A stretch of DNA of 64,000 nucleotides, from NCBI GenBank assembly GCA_013239625.1, contig MU053551.1, forward strand, positions 12,874 to 76,873, read 5' to 3'. The translations under genes and the position numbers were made by a program. Source of the DNA: Lama guanicoe. Lineage: Eukaryota. Position 1 is the first letter of the stretch, and each line of letters starts with the position of its first letter. Below the pieces are notes generated by a model. That model was not told the DNA's origin and made no database searches. It saw nothing but the letters and a program-made list of their open reading frames with translations. Of this stretch, positions 50,967-63,136 are shown piece by piece.

Positions 50967-52339
50967 CTATGTCTGCTGTTTACCGTAGCGGATGCCGCTG
51001 TGGGATGCGGGTAGACTGCACCTTATCCTGCCTGTCCCCTTAGCAAAAGCTTGTTGCATGAGATGCATCAAATACAAAGTTGTGTATCTGCATCTACTTA
51101 TCTATGCACGTATATCGTAGGTGGGTTTTAAACTGAAGAAGCTAAGAATTCTAAGGATGAGTTAATTAAAAAACAAACAAACATGAATCTCTATTCTTCT
51201 TTGACACTCAGGTAAGACCCGCCTCCCGCAGAAACAGTCTTCCTTGATAAAACTGAATCTTGAAGCATTGCCTAACATTAACATGACACATTTTAGATGA
51301 CAGTGTACTGCAGAGCAAGAAATGGAAGTAAACAGCACCTCACTTCACTTGAGTATTTCCTATTTCCTTGTTGACTTTAACTAATCAATCAATGGGAGAA
51401 AGGCTGCTATAAAATTAATTTAGGGACATAAATGCATTGTCTCATTATCCTCCCCAGACTCCAGTAGGAGGCAGACAGACATTCAACCCAGCCGGAGCGC
51501 TCTGCTGGAAGGAAAAGCCCGCAAAGCGAACGTTTGATCCTAGATTCACCGTGTCTGGGATCCAGAGCCCTTTGGCAGGCTGTTTTTGTGCAGCATCTCC
51601 TTCCTCTAGGAGGGGAGGCTTTTAATTTCACATTTAGAAACTACCAAAGAGAAGCCATTGAAGAGCATTTTCCTGCCCCTAATTAACACTCTGAGCATTC
51701 CCTCTGACTTCCTAGCAGTTTTCCAGCCTGGGAGAAAAAAAAAGTAACAGAGAGAGAAAAACCGTGTCAGAGTGACATGCTGGGGTTCTGCCTGATTTTT
51801 GCCTCTCGGCAGGGAATCCCACAGCTGCTCTGCCCTCACTCTCTTCACTCTCAGAGCTGTAGAAATGTGCAGCGTGATTGTCTTTTTGGTGACCTCTGCA
51901 GGTTTCCTGGACTCGGTAGTCAGGCATCATAATTTCTTCCCCATAATACATAGATAATAAACCTCATTATATACAGGAAAAAAACATGAATTTAAAAATA
52001 TACACAGTGCTTTTCTTCAAGTTTACTTATTGAAGGAACAAATGTCTCAATTTTTTTTGTGATTTCTATTATATCCTTAGTACATTTTTAAATACTTTTT
52101 TTTCCTTGGAATCCTATATAATCCTCTTAATGTGGCCCACCTTAACATGAAGTCTTGGTATAGTATAATACAGGTTCATTTGTATCTGACAGTGATTCAA
52201 AATAATACTAATTTCACAAGGAGAGAAGATTTTTATTTCTTTTCTCTCAAAATCTATCCATGGGTCATTTGAAGAAAGAAAGTGAATCTGGAAAGGTGTC
52301 TGGAAACTTTCCATTGGTACCTTTTGGTACAATGGTTCA

Positions 52340-52728
52340 ATCAAGTACCAGTATCAAAACTTGTAAAATGAGTGTCTGTGGCTTGGAAGAGCTTCCTGAG
52401 GATGGTGGTAAGGCATTCTTTTAAAAAGGTCACCTCATTAATGTTCTTGATGGTATAGGTGGTAGAGCATAGGAAGGCTGAGTCAAGTGATTTCAAATAA
52501 TCAGAGTAAATAAGTGGCATTTTCAGAATATCTCAGCTGGCTTTGCACATGTTTTTGTTGCCAAGAGTGATAAATAATAACATTTTTATCTAATCTAAAA
52601 TATTTTAAATCAGTACAATTTAAAAAAAGTCAGATTAGGAAGTATTATAATTCAGTTGCCAGCATTTCTTATTTCTTAGTGCCACATAATGGCATCTTCC
52701 AATCAGTTTAGTCTTAGATTCAATAACA
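52340..52728 (+). mobile_element. Tc2/pogo-type (Kanga-like) DNA transposon fragment
   Basis: tcaaaacttgtaaaatgagtgtctgtggcttggaag...cattcttttaaaaagg...cttgatgg, and a TIR-like gtcttagattcaat. Family assigned from memory. Confidence 0.5.
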
Positions 52729-53532
52729 TGTAGCACGTCTCCTGATCTTGGAGCTCATTTGAAATTGGGATACAATCCTTGCTCTCCCCCTCCCCGATCT
52801 CAGTGCACCAGCCCTCTCTGCCCTGCTGTCTACTCTGGAAGGCTCCTTTGCCCTCTGGCTTCCTGCTGTGCTTGACCAGTGGGACGCACGCTCAGAAGGT
52901 CTTGGAGCGGGAGGTGAGGAGAACTGGAGACGGTTATTCCCGCACCTCCTTTTAAACGTGGCTGCAGACCTGGCGAAGCGTGCATTTCTTTCTGGCCCTA
53001 AGGTTTATCTAGTGGTCCATGGCCCTAGTTTTTACCAGACTCCATTAAATCAGGATTCCACCTCCCTTGTCCCTTCAAGATTACATGTAATGTATTTCCT
53101 TGTACCTCTGTGAGATCGCCTACCCCTTTGCCGCTGTTGTTCACTCCCTAGGAGTTGCACTATCCGTATTAATCTCTTAACTCGGCTCAAACCTTTGTAA
53201 ACAGTGCCTTCACTGAACTGTTTTCAATTAATCCAGTTTCTTTCTGGCCCTAAGGTTTATCTAGTGGTCCGTGGCCCTAGTTTTTACCAGACTCCATTAA
53301 ATTGGGATTCCACCTCCCTTGTCCCTTCAAGATTACATGTAATGTATTTCCTTGTACCTCTGTGAGATCACCTACCCCTTTGCCGCTGTTGTTCACTCCC
53401 TAGGAGTTGCACTATCTGTATTAATCTCTTAACTCAGCTCAAACCTTTGTAAACAGTGCCTTCACTGAACTGTTTTCAATTAATCCATTTTAAGTGTATC
53501 CTCTCTTTCATGGTACAACCCCTGCCGATACA
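52729..53532 (+). mobile_element. ERVL LTR33-like element containing an internal duplication
   Basis: TGTAGCA start. The 3' end cctttgtaaacagtgccttcactgaact...cccctgccgataca matches the LTR33-type terminus. Confidence 0.7.
52985..53487. repeat. Tandem direct duplication, 252-bp period (52985-53235 / 53237-53487)
   Basis: Six substitutions, all at CG/TG/CA dinucleotides. The last 51 bp are identical. Confidence 0.97.
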
Positions 53533-53596
53533 GCCCAGCTCTTTCAGTTTTTTTTTTTTTTAATGTCAGCTGGAATGAATCCATTCATGTTAAATT

Positions 53597-53601
<5 letters not shown>

Positions 53602-53638
<37 letters not shown>
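53602..53638. repeat. Perfect (TG)18 microsatellite
   Basis: Direct. Confidence 0.97.
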
Positions 53639-53640
<2 letters not shown>

Positions 53641-53835
53641 TTGTGTGTAAACACTCAGAAATAAGACTGGCTGGTAATTTTCATTTGGTACTTTGATGTT
53701 TAGGTTATGAGGGTTATGCCACAGTTAAAAAGTTGAACATGTTCTTCCTTTTTCTGTGCTATGGAACAATTTAGTTATCATGTGATAACATTATTAGTAT
53801 GTGTTGTGTTATGTTCAATTTCAAAAATAATGACT

Positions 53836-54362
53836 TGCGGAAACATGGGGTCCTGGAGTACTGACCAACTGGGCCTTAATATTCTGCTTAGTTTAACTAG
53901 ACTTAGATAGGATCCTTCTGACTCTAGCCACCTGACCTCCCTTTTCTTAGACCACCTACTTTAGGAAGTTTGTAACTGCAAGTTCATACCCTGCTCCTTG
54001 AGCTGTAACTCATTTAAAAGTCTGTTGCTGGTTTTAAAACCCAGGATTGTGATTCTCAAGGGCCGGGACCCATCCCAGTGAAACATCATCACCAAGGATG
54101 AAAGCAGCCTGTCTCGCAGTCCCTGTGGAAGAGTAAGGGCCTGATTCCAAGTTACAAAACTGCCTCCAATCACAAAGATCGGGGAATATTTACTTTTCAT
54201 GCTAAGACGCAGCTGACACACAGAGGCGGCCTAAAATCCTCTCCACTTCATCTCTTAACAGCAGAATCGAGTCTGGAACCCATTCTCTTCCTCATTTGAA
54301 CAGCCTTGGATTAGGTCACTCTAGACGGTTCAACTATAGCCAGTGCAGTTTTCACATTGACA
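53836..54362 (+). mobile_element. Solo ERV1 LTR, MER67/MER31-like
   Basis: TG...CA ends with TSD gact/gaat. Contains ctgactctag...ctgacctcccttttcttaga. Confidence 0.7.
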
Positions 54363-57300
54363 GAATCTTTTTCATATTTCTGTTTTTATACCACTGTTAG
54401 GTTATACTTTTTCAAGAATCTCTCCATAGATGTATCAGAGTTCTCGTGTACTTTTATTTTTCATTGAAAAATTTCTATTTCTAATGAATTCTAATCTTTG
54501 TAACTTAAAAAATTTTTTTTGTTCTGTATGTCATCAAATTGAATATCACCTTTATTATTTTCATTCTTTGCTTTTGTGAGTAATGATGAGTTTTAAGGTG
54601 GTTAATTTCCTCTCTGTACACTTGTCATATCTCGTACATTTAATTATTTGGCAATTGAATTTTGATGACTTCTTTTATCAAGGTATTGCTTAGTTAATTG
54701 AGTAAACTGCCACATTGTTAGATTTTTTCATTTCTACCTTTGCAATTTCTTTATAGTTTTTCATGTGGTATAATTAGAGAGTAATTCTATACAATTTCTA
54801 TATTTCAGTTTCACAATTTCTAAGAGTTTCTATGAGGTACATAAGAGTTCAGCGTTGGTTTTGATTTTGGGAGGACTCTTAATGAGTAATGTTTGTTTTT
54901 CACCAATAAAAAAGCAAAGGGCAGCCATCATTTGATAAGTTTGCCATGAAGCCAGTTTCCATCTGCCCATTTGTACGGGTGCCAAAGCACAAAAAAATTA
55001 ATTTTTGAAAGGATTTCATAAAGGACAATCTGGAATTACAACGATCACTTTGAGGAACTGTTGGCATAGATGAAATTTTTCACTTTGGAGACAGTTTAGC
55101 ACAAAAAGGAAGAGAGAGTCTAGATTCTTTGTCCGAAAGATAGAACATTTATGAAAGTTCACTTTATTTAAATGATTTATAAAAGCTCGTGTGCGTGTGT
55201 CTCAGAAGACTTTTCTGCATCTGATATTTCTTTCCTTCATGCAGAAGGCCGATACATAGCTTTTGACAATAATAATTTTCCACATCAATGAAACTGGCTT
55301 CTTCAAATTCTCCTTATTATTTTATTTTTTTTCTCTTTTACTTTATCCCCTCTATTGGGAACTTTTGGAAATGAATTGATCAAGAAAATTATTATTACAT
55401 GTTCACTATAAGAATATCTAGTCTAAGACACAGCAATTGCCATCTATAAAAAGAAACTAAAGAAAAATTACTAAACTGAATTTATTTTGCTTAAGATATA
55501 TGAGCTCATATACAAAAAAGAAAAATAAAACCTGCAACTTGGGAAAGTAATTGAGTAATGGCCTTGCTCAACGTAAAAGGGAAAAGATGACCTTTAGTTC
55601 CACGAAATGAAGAAGAAAGCATAAATGTGATTTAAGAAGTCTTTAAAATTCAGTTTTATAAACACATATGCTCATAAATTGTATTAAAATAAGAACACGT
55701 AGTAGTCCTATTAAGTATGTGAATAGCACACGTTAACTAATGCATGTCTTCTTCCAAGTATTACTTTGTAAATTAATGCCAAGAAAATATTCTATGCAAG
55801 ATTATTTCTAAGCATCTCATGATTTAAACTTTTAGAAATAAACATTGGTTTATGAGTCAAAGAAGCTATCACTGTTCCCACAAAAGCTTTAGATTTCAAA
55901 TATATAAAATGGCACTTAAGTTAGTTTGTAATTATTAGGTTATCTCAAAATGTTAAAACTCATAAATTCTAATAATTCTAGGAAAAATGAGGGATTAATA
56001 TATTGACTTTAATTACAATTTCCAAATTCCAAAGTAAATTTTAGACCTTAGACTAATATTAAAATATGTTAATAAATAATCTTTGGTTTCCTGGGTAATT
56101 TCAAAGCAAGCAAAAATAGAAGCTTTGATCATTAAACATAATTTTAATTTACCTTTTTTTTTTTTTTACCATATAGAATGTGAAAATGCTTCTGTATGCT
56201 GTTATGTTTTGGTGCCTTTTTTTTTTTTGACAGTAGAATTTCTGAAGGTTATATGAAATACATTATCTATAATAATAATAATATGAATGTGAAATTTGCT
56301 GGAATGACCCAGTTAACACAAATGGTATTCTATCTCCTTATAAAAAGAAAGATTAAAAATTGTTCATGTGAGGAATGAAGCTTGCTTGAAATTCTACAAA
56401 TTTTAATCAACTCATAATTGTGAGAATTATTTGTTTTCCAAACCTATAAAGTTCCATTGTCATAATTTATATGCATAAGTAGCCTTCTCATGTTAGGATT
56501 TATGCTGAAACCCAAAGACTAGGTACTATTTACCAATTAATTCTTATTAACAGATTTTAGTACACCTGTCAGTCCAGTATAATTCATGATATATCAATTT
56601 ATAACATATGCCATATCATTTGATTGATTTATAGTATTAATCAAAAGCCTTGGAGATTTTTTACAATTCTCTTTGTGTATTTTTTCATTCAGGAATAATC
56701 ATTTACATTCTTATAAATTAATTGAATGTCATTCCTAAAATGAGGATTCTGCCTTCAGTTTCATAAAATTTGAAGATTCTTTTGATGGTGGGCACAACAT
56801 ACTGACACTCAAGATAGATGAAAGGCTGAATGAGAGAAGGCCTTCACTGAGGGCATTACAAAGGTCAACCTGGGGATAAGATAACAGCAAGTTGGAATTC
56901 AAGGGACAGCTTATATGTGGCAAGTAGGGTGACATTAGCTAGATTTCATGAGTTCCCTGGGGATTGGCTCATTAAATAATTTGGATGGCTCTCGGGCAAA
57001 TTGGCTATCATTCATTTTATGGTATCTAATCCAAGGAAGGTATACTGTGGCCTGAAGTATGAGAACCTGGTAAGGTGAATGGTTGGGGAATGTGAACTTA
57101 ATTAGCTGTTCAGAAAGGGAAACTGAGCCAGGACCTCAAAACTGGGCCATAGCAGTATTAAATAAACTCTCTTATACCTGCTTCCAGTGTGATCAAATCA
57201 GCCAACATATTTAATTGGCCCAAACTGTTCAGTTTTCCCCATAACAGAAATTTGGCTGCAATCTTAAATTAATATTTGTTGGACAATTTTGCTCAAAATT

Positions 57301-57585
57301 CCTGAGGCTGTCTCTAGTACATGTCCCGTCTGCCAACCTCATAATTCTGGCAAATATCTATGAAAGTGGGACATAGGTGTTTGAACACCAGCAAATGGAA
57401 TTTTTACAGTTGTGCCATTAAAATGAACAGGTACACATTCTTATTGTTTGTCTGTTTTCTGGATAGCTAGCAGCTTTGCTCAACAAAAAGATGACTATCT
57501 AAACATAACTTAAAAAAACACAAACTCGCAACTTTAATACTGTGTGTCCAGTTTGGGTTATCTAACTTAAATATTCCAATACCAA

Positions 57586-57830
57586 TGGGGAGACCTAGCA
57601 GGACCCTGCAGGGCACACACCCCCTGCCCCCCAAACCTCTGCCTCTTGTTTTTAGAAAAGATGAAATTACCCAGGCCTCTCTGAGTCATAAAAGAGCAGG
57701 CTCAAGCAGTTGATAATTAGGACAATAAAGTCACAGATTCATTATCAGATGCACATTCCTGAGATGTTTTACAGACACTATCCTTGCTACCAGAGGGAAA
57801 AAGGTAAACTGTGTGATGACCAGATCTCTT
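57586..57830 (+). mobile_element. Partial (5') ERV1-type LTR; second copy about 60630-60875
   Basis: agcaggaccctgcaggg...ctgagtcataaaagagcagg...gcagttgataattagg is homologous to the reverse complement of 50820-50966. Confidence 0.65.
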
Positions 57831-57861
57831 CCTTAGCCTCCCCTTCAGTAATCTCTTGAAC

Positions 57862-58438
57862 TGTTAGAAATTCAAGGCTGTTGCCCCCAGGATCATACCC
57901 CTGCCCCCACCTTGAACAGAAATCAATTACTGCTATCTAAGTCACAGGAGAAGGCTGCAAAGAGATAAAAACAAACTGGTGATAACCAACTAGACCCAAG
58001 ATGGGAGAGGATTTGACTTCCATTAGACCTTGAGCCTCATTATAATGCATTAGCATACTAAATGACACACCCACCAGCACCAGGACAGTTGACAGTTGCC
58101 ATAACAACAGCCAGAAAATCCTGCACGAGGACTGGAAAAAGTGATTGACTCCAACACACTTGGAAGGAGGACATGATGGCAGCAGTCTCCAGGGAAAGCC
58201 CCCATGCCCCTACCTTGAGCTATAGCTCTCATCCTGCCACCTGGGCCAACAGTTCCCCACTGGAGCACTTCTCTTCTCTTTTCCCCCACTCAAACACTTT
58301 CTTTCCCTTCTCTCTTTTGAGCAATAAAGGTGTCTTTCACTTTGTCTTTCTGCTTCTGCTGAGAATTCCTCAACTGGTGGGCAAGGATCCACACTTTTGG
58401 TGGGCTCTCTAAATTGGGAATCTCTCTATCTGCTAACA
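57862..58438 (+). mobile_element. Solo ERV LTR (copy 1)
   Basis: Inverted termini TGTTAG...CTAACA and AATAAA near 58323. No TSD visible. Confidence 0.8.
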
Positions 58439-60905
58439 AAGGCATTCACTTTATGATTTTACATTTTATAAAAAGCTTTGCAGGACACTGGGAAAGTAGT
58501 TCTCCTTGGATTTTTCAGTGTTCCTGCAGGGTTCTGGCTTCCTGAACAATGGAAGTTGGCATGCTAAAAATAGAGACTGTCTCCTTTTGTCCTCTGGAAA
58601 CATTTACTCTTTCACGTTTTCAGTGCATTTTGCACAGAGGCATGGGTTTGCATTTCACAGGGGGCTGGATCCCTGAGCTGTTCCTTTACATTCGCATTCA
58701 AAATGGTTGTAAACTAGGGACCTTCCTCTTCTTGCCTCGGAGATGATTTGTTTTCATTAGGGACGTACGGTTTCTCTCTCTTTCAAGTGGGAGAGGAGTG
58801 TAGCTGTATATCAGTCACTTTATAAACTCATAATATGCAAGATTATTTCTAAGCATCTCATGATTTAAACTTTTAGAAATAAACATTGGTTTATGAGTCA
58901 AAGAAGCTATCACTGTTCCCACAAAAGCTTTAGATTTCAAATATATAAAATGGCACTTAAGTTAGTTTGTAATTATTAGGTTATCTCAAAATGTTAAAAC
59001 TCATAAATTCTAATAATTCTAGGAAAAATGAGGGATTAATATATTGACTTTAATTACAATTTCCAAATTCCAAAGTAAATTTTAGACCTTAGACTAATAT
59101 TAAAATATGTTAATAAATAATCTTTGGTTTCCTGGGTAATTTCAAAGCAAGCAAAAATAGAAGCTTTGATCATTAAACATAATTTTAATTTACCTTTTTT
59201 TTTTTTTTTACCATATAGAATGTGAAAATGCTTCTGTATGCTGTTATGTTTTGGTGCCTTTTTTTTTTTTGACAGTAGAATTTCTGAAGGTTATATGAAA
59301 TACATTATCTATAATAATAATAATATGAATGTGAAATTTGCTGGAATGACCCAGTTAACACAAATGGTATTCTATCTCCTTATAAAAAGAAAGATTAAAA
59401 ATTGTTCATGTGAGGAATGAAGCTTGCTTGAAATTCTACAAATTTTAATCAACTCATAATTGTGAGAATTATTTGTTTTCCAAACCTATAAAGTTCCATT
59501 GTCATAATTTATATGCATAAGTAGCCTTCTCATGTTAGGATTTAGGCTGAAACCCAAAGACTAGGTACTATTTACCAATTAATTCTTGTTAACAGATTTT
59601 AGTACACCTGTCAGTCCAGTATAATTCATGATATATCAATTTATAACATATGCCATATCATTTGATTGATTTATAGTATTAATCAAAAGCCTTGGAGATT
59701 TTTTACAATTCTCTTTGTGTATTTTTTCATTCAGGAATAATCATTTACATTCTTATAAATTAATTGAATGTCATTCCTAAAATGAGGATTCTGCCTTCAG
59801 TTTCATAAAATTTGAAGATTCTTTTGATGGTGGGCACAACATACTGACACTCAAGATAGATGAAAGGCTGAATGAGAGAAGGCCTTCACTGAGGGCATTA
59901 CAAAGGTCAACCTGGGGATAAGATAACAGCAAGTTGGAATTCAAGGGACAGCTTATATGTGGCAAGTAGGGTGACATTAGCTAGATTTCATGAGTTCCCT
60001 GGGGATTGGCTCATTAAATAATTTGGATGGCTCTCGGGCAAATTGGCTATCATTCATTTTATGGTATCTAATCCAAGGAAGGTATACTGTGGCCTGAAGT
60101 ATGAGAACCTGGTAAGGTGAATGGTTGGGGAATGTGAACTTAATTAGCTGTTCAGAAAGGGAAACTGAGCCAGGACCTCAAAACTGGGCCATAGCAGTAT
60201 TAAATAAACTCTCTTATACCTGCTTCCAGTGTGATCAAATCAGCCAACATATTTAATTGGCCCAAACTGTTCAGTTTTCCCCATAACAGAAATTTGGCTG
60301 CAATCTTAAATCAGTATTTGTTGGACAATTTTGCTCAAAATTCCTGAGGCTGTCTCTAGTACATGTCCCGTCTGCCAACCTCATAATTCTGGCAAATATC
60401 TATGAAAGTGGGATGTAGGTGTTTGAACACCAGCAAATGGAATTTATACAGTGGTGCCATTTAAATGAACAGGTACACATTCTTATTATTGTTTGTCTGT
60501 TTTCTGGATGGCTAGCAGCTTTGCTCAACAAAAAAATGACAATCTAAACATAACTTAAAAAAACACAAACTCAAAATTTTAATACTGTGTGTCCAGTTTG
60601 GGTTATCTAACTTAAATATCCAATACCAATGGGGAGACCTAGCAGGACCCTGCAGGGCACACACCCCCTCCCCCCCAAACCTCTGCCTCTTGTTTTTAGA
60701 AAAGATGAAATTACCCAGGCCTCTCTGAGTCATAAAAGAGCAGGCTCAAGCAGTTGATAATTAGGACAATAAAGTCACAGATTCATTATCAGATGCACAT
60801 TCCTGAGATGTTTTACAGACACTATCCTTGCTACCAGAGGGAAAAAGGTAAACTGTGTGATGACCAGATCTCTTCCTTAGCCTCCCCTTCAGTAATCTCT
60901 TGAAC

Positions 60906-61482
60906 TGTTAGAAATTCAAGGCTGTTGCCCCCAGGATCATACCCCTGCCCCCACCTTGAACAGAAACCAATTACTGCTATCTAAGTCACAGGAGAAGGCT
61001 GCAAAGAGATAAAAACAAACTGGTGATAACCAACTAGACCCAAGATGGGAGAGGATTTGACTTCCATTAGACCTTGAGCCTCATTATAATGCATTAGCAT
61101 ACTAAATGACACACCCACCAGCACCAGGACAGTTGACAGTTGCCATAACAACAGCCAGAAAATCCTGCACAAGGACTGGAAAAAGTGATTGACTCCAACA
61201 CACTTGGAAGGAGGACATGATGGCAGCAGTCTCCAGGGAAAGCCCCCATGCCCCTACCTTGAGCTATAGCTCTCATCCTGCCACCTGGGCCAACAGTTCC
61301 CCACTGGAGCACTTCTCTTCTCTTTTCCCCCACTCAAACACTTTCTTTCCCTTCTCTCTTTTGAGCAATAAAGGTGTCTTTCACTTTGTCTTTCTGCTTC
61401 TGCTGAGAATTCCTCAACTGGTGGGCAAGGATCCACACTTTTGGTGGGCTCTCTAAATTGGGAATCTCTCTATCTGCTAACA
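60906..61482 (+). mobile_element. Solo ERV LTR (copy 2, inside the duplication)
   Basis: Near-identical to 57862-58438. Confidence 0.8.
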
Positions 61483-61522
61483 AAGGCATTCACTTTATGA
61501 TTTTACATTTTATGAAAAGCTT

Positions 61523-62052
61523 TGCAGGACACTGGGAAAGTAGTTCTCCTTGGATTTTTCAGTGTTCCTGCAGGGTTCTGGCTTCCTGAACAATGGAAGT
61601 TGGCATGCTAAAAATAGAGACTGTCTCCTTTTGTCCTCTGGAAACATTTACTCTTTCACGTTTTCAGTGCATTTTGCACAGAGGCATGGGTTTGCATTTC
61701 ACAGGGGGCTGGATCCCTGAGCTGTTCCTTTACATTCGCATTCAAAATGGTTGTAAACTAGGGACCTTCCTCTTCTTGCCTCGGAGATGATTTGTTTTCA
61801 TTAGGGACGTACGGTTTCTCTCTCTTTCAAGTGGGAGAGGAGTGTAGCTGTATATCAGTCACTTTATAAACTCATAATTTCAGATTCCTCTCCTGCAGTA
61901 TAAGAAAACCACTTTTTGTACGGGTGGCTAACCATCGGCCTCTCATTGCATCTTTCTGAGAGTGGGGTATGGAAAACTGATGCGGTCATTGCTGTAATTA
62001 ATAATAGTCTGATTCTAATCTGAAACTCTTAATGTTTGCTTTCAGAATAACA
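61523..62052 (+). mobile_element. Probable ERV LTR; complete only in copy 2 and truncated at 58834 in copy 1
   Basis: LTR-like tract with tataaa and a TAACA end. It continues past the duplication boundary only after copy 2. Confidence 0.45.
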
Positions 62053-63136
62053 TAAATATCAGTATCAATGTTTTATCCAATGCTGCTCACCATCTACAAA
62101 CATCTTTGTCCTTATGATCCATCATCAGCAATGAAAATTGAGAGAACAAAGACACTTCAAAGCTTTCACAATCATCTAATGTATTATTATAAATTCTTAA
62201 GTCACTGAAGCCAGATTTATTACTAACAAGTACAAACAGCTTTTCTCAAGGATAAAGTATGGACTCCTTGTGTGACCTTTAGTTAAAAATTGGAAGTAAC
62301 TCTGATTTAAGACTCCTTTTTTTATCTTATTGGAAAGAGCCTCATCAGATCCTGTTAACACAAACACTGCACTAAAAATCTGAGGAACTGACACTTAAGT
62401 TCATGTCTCTTGTTAAAAAGAACTGACTCCTGGGCTCATGTCTCTTGGTTAAAAAGATATTATGTTTGTACTTCCAGAACTTCAGTGCTGGCAAGAGAAC
62501 CTGATAACAAAGAATCTTGAATCAAGTAGCACAATGTTAAATATTCTAGGACCAGCACCGTGCAGATGTCAGGAGCCAATGATTGCCACACCTTAAACAA
62601 ACAAAAAACCCATTCTCTCTTTTTTTTTCCGTAATTCTGTTTTCCCTCTCTATTAATTTCAAATTCCTTTTATCTTGAGTTGTTTACATGTTGCAACATT
62701 CAAACAGACAAAAGGGTATGACTTAATGGCCTTTGGTGAGTTTCACTCCTTCCATATTAGCAAATTCACCTTCAGACTAGAAAGTCTCTTCCATACTGTT
62801 TTTGGGATCACATAAATATGTTAAGAAGTAATACTGTATTTTTTGTTTCTCCACATATTTCTAATATATTGTTTGCATGAGAATTTTAATTTCTATATTA
62901 TCTTCCTAAGAGCTGTATATTAAATATATCACAAGGGATTTCCATCCTCTCCATTTCTTTGGGCAGACAATATGTGTCTTGAACAGGAGAGAAGAAAAGA
63001 ACAGAAAATTATGATTTTTAAAGAATTTTAGTTATCTCAGTGTATTAACTTGAAAACATGTGTAAGTTTAATCTTACTGCAGAGTGATTTAACAGGGGCA
63101 TTATACCGATTAATATTTGCAGCAGAGAGAGTTTTA

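Larger units (their letters stand above)
55793..61878. repeat. Tandem duplication of about 3.04 kb (55793-58833 / 58834-61878)
   Basis: Sequence and ORF track repeat with an offset of 3041-3045. The junction is head-to-tail (ctcataa-t-atgcaag). About 19 substitutions and 3 indels by eye. Confidence 0.98.

Noticed and set aside
56196..61790. Paired identical small ORFs suggesting a duplicated gene cluster
   Set aside because: They are chance 60-79 aa frames in LTR or AT-rich DNA, repeated only because of the 3-kb duplication. They resemble no protein family and show no exon structure.
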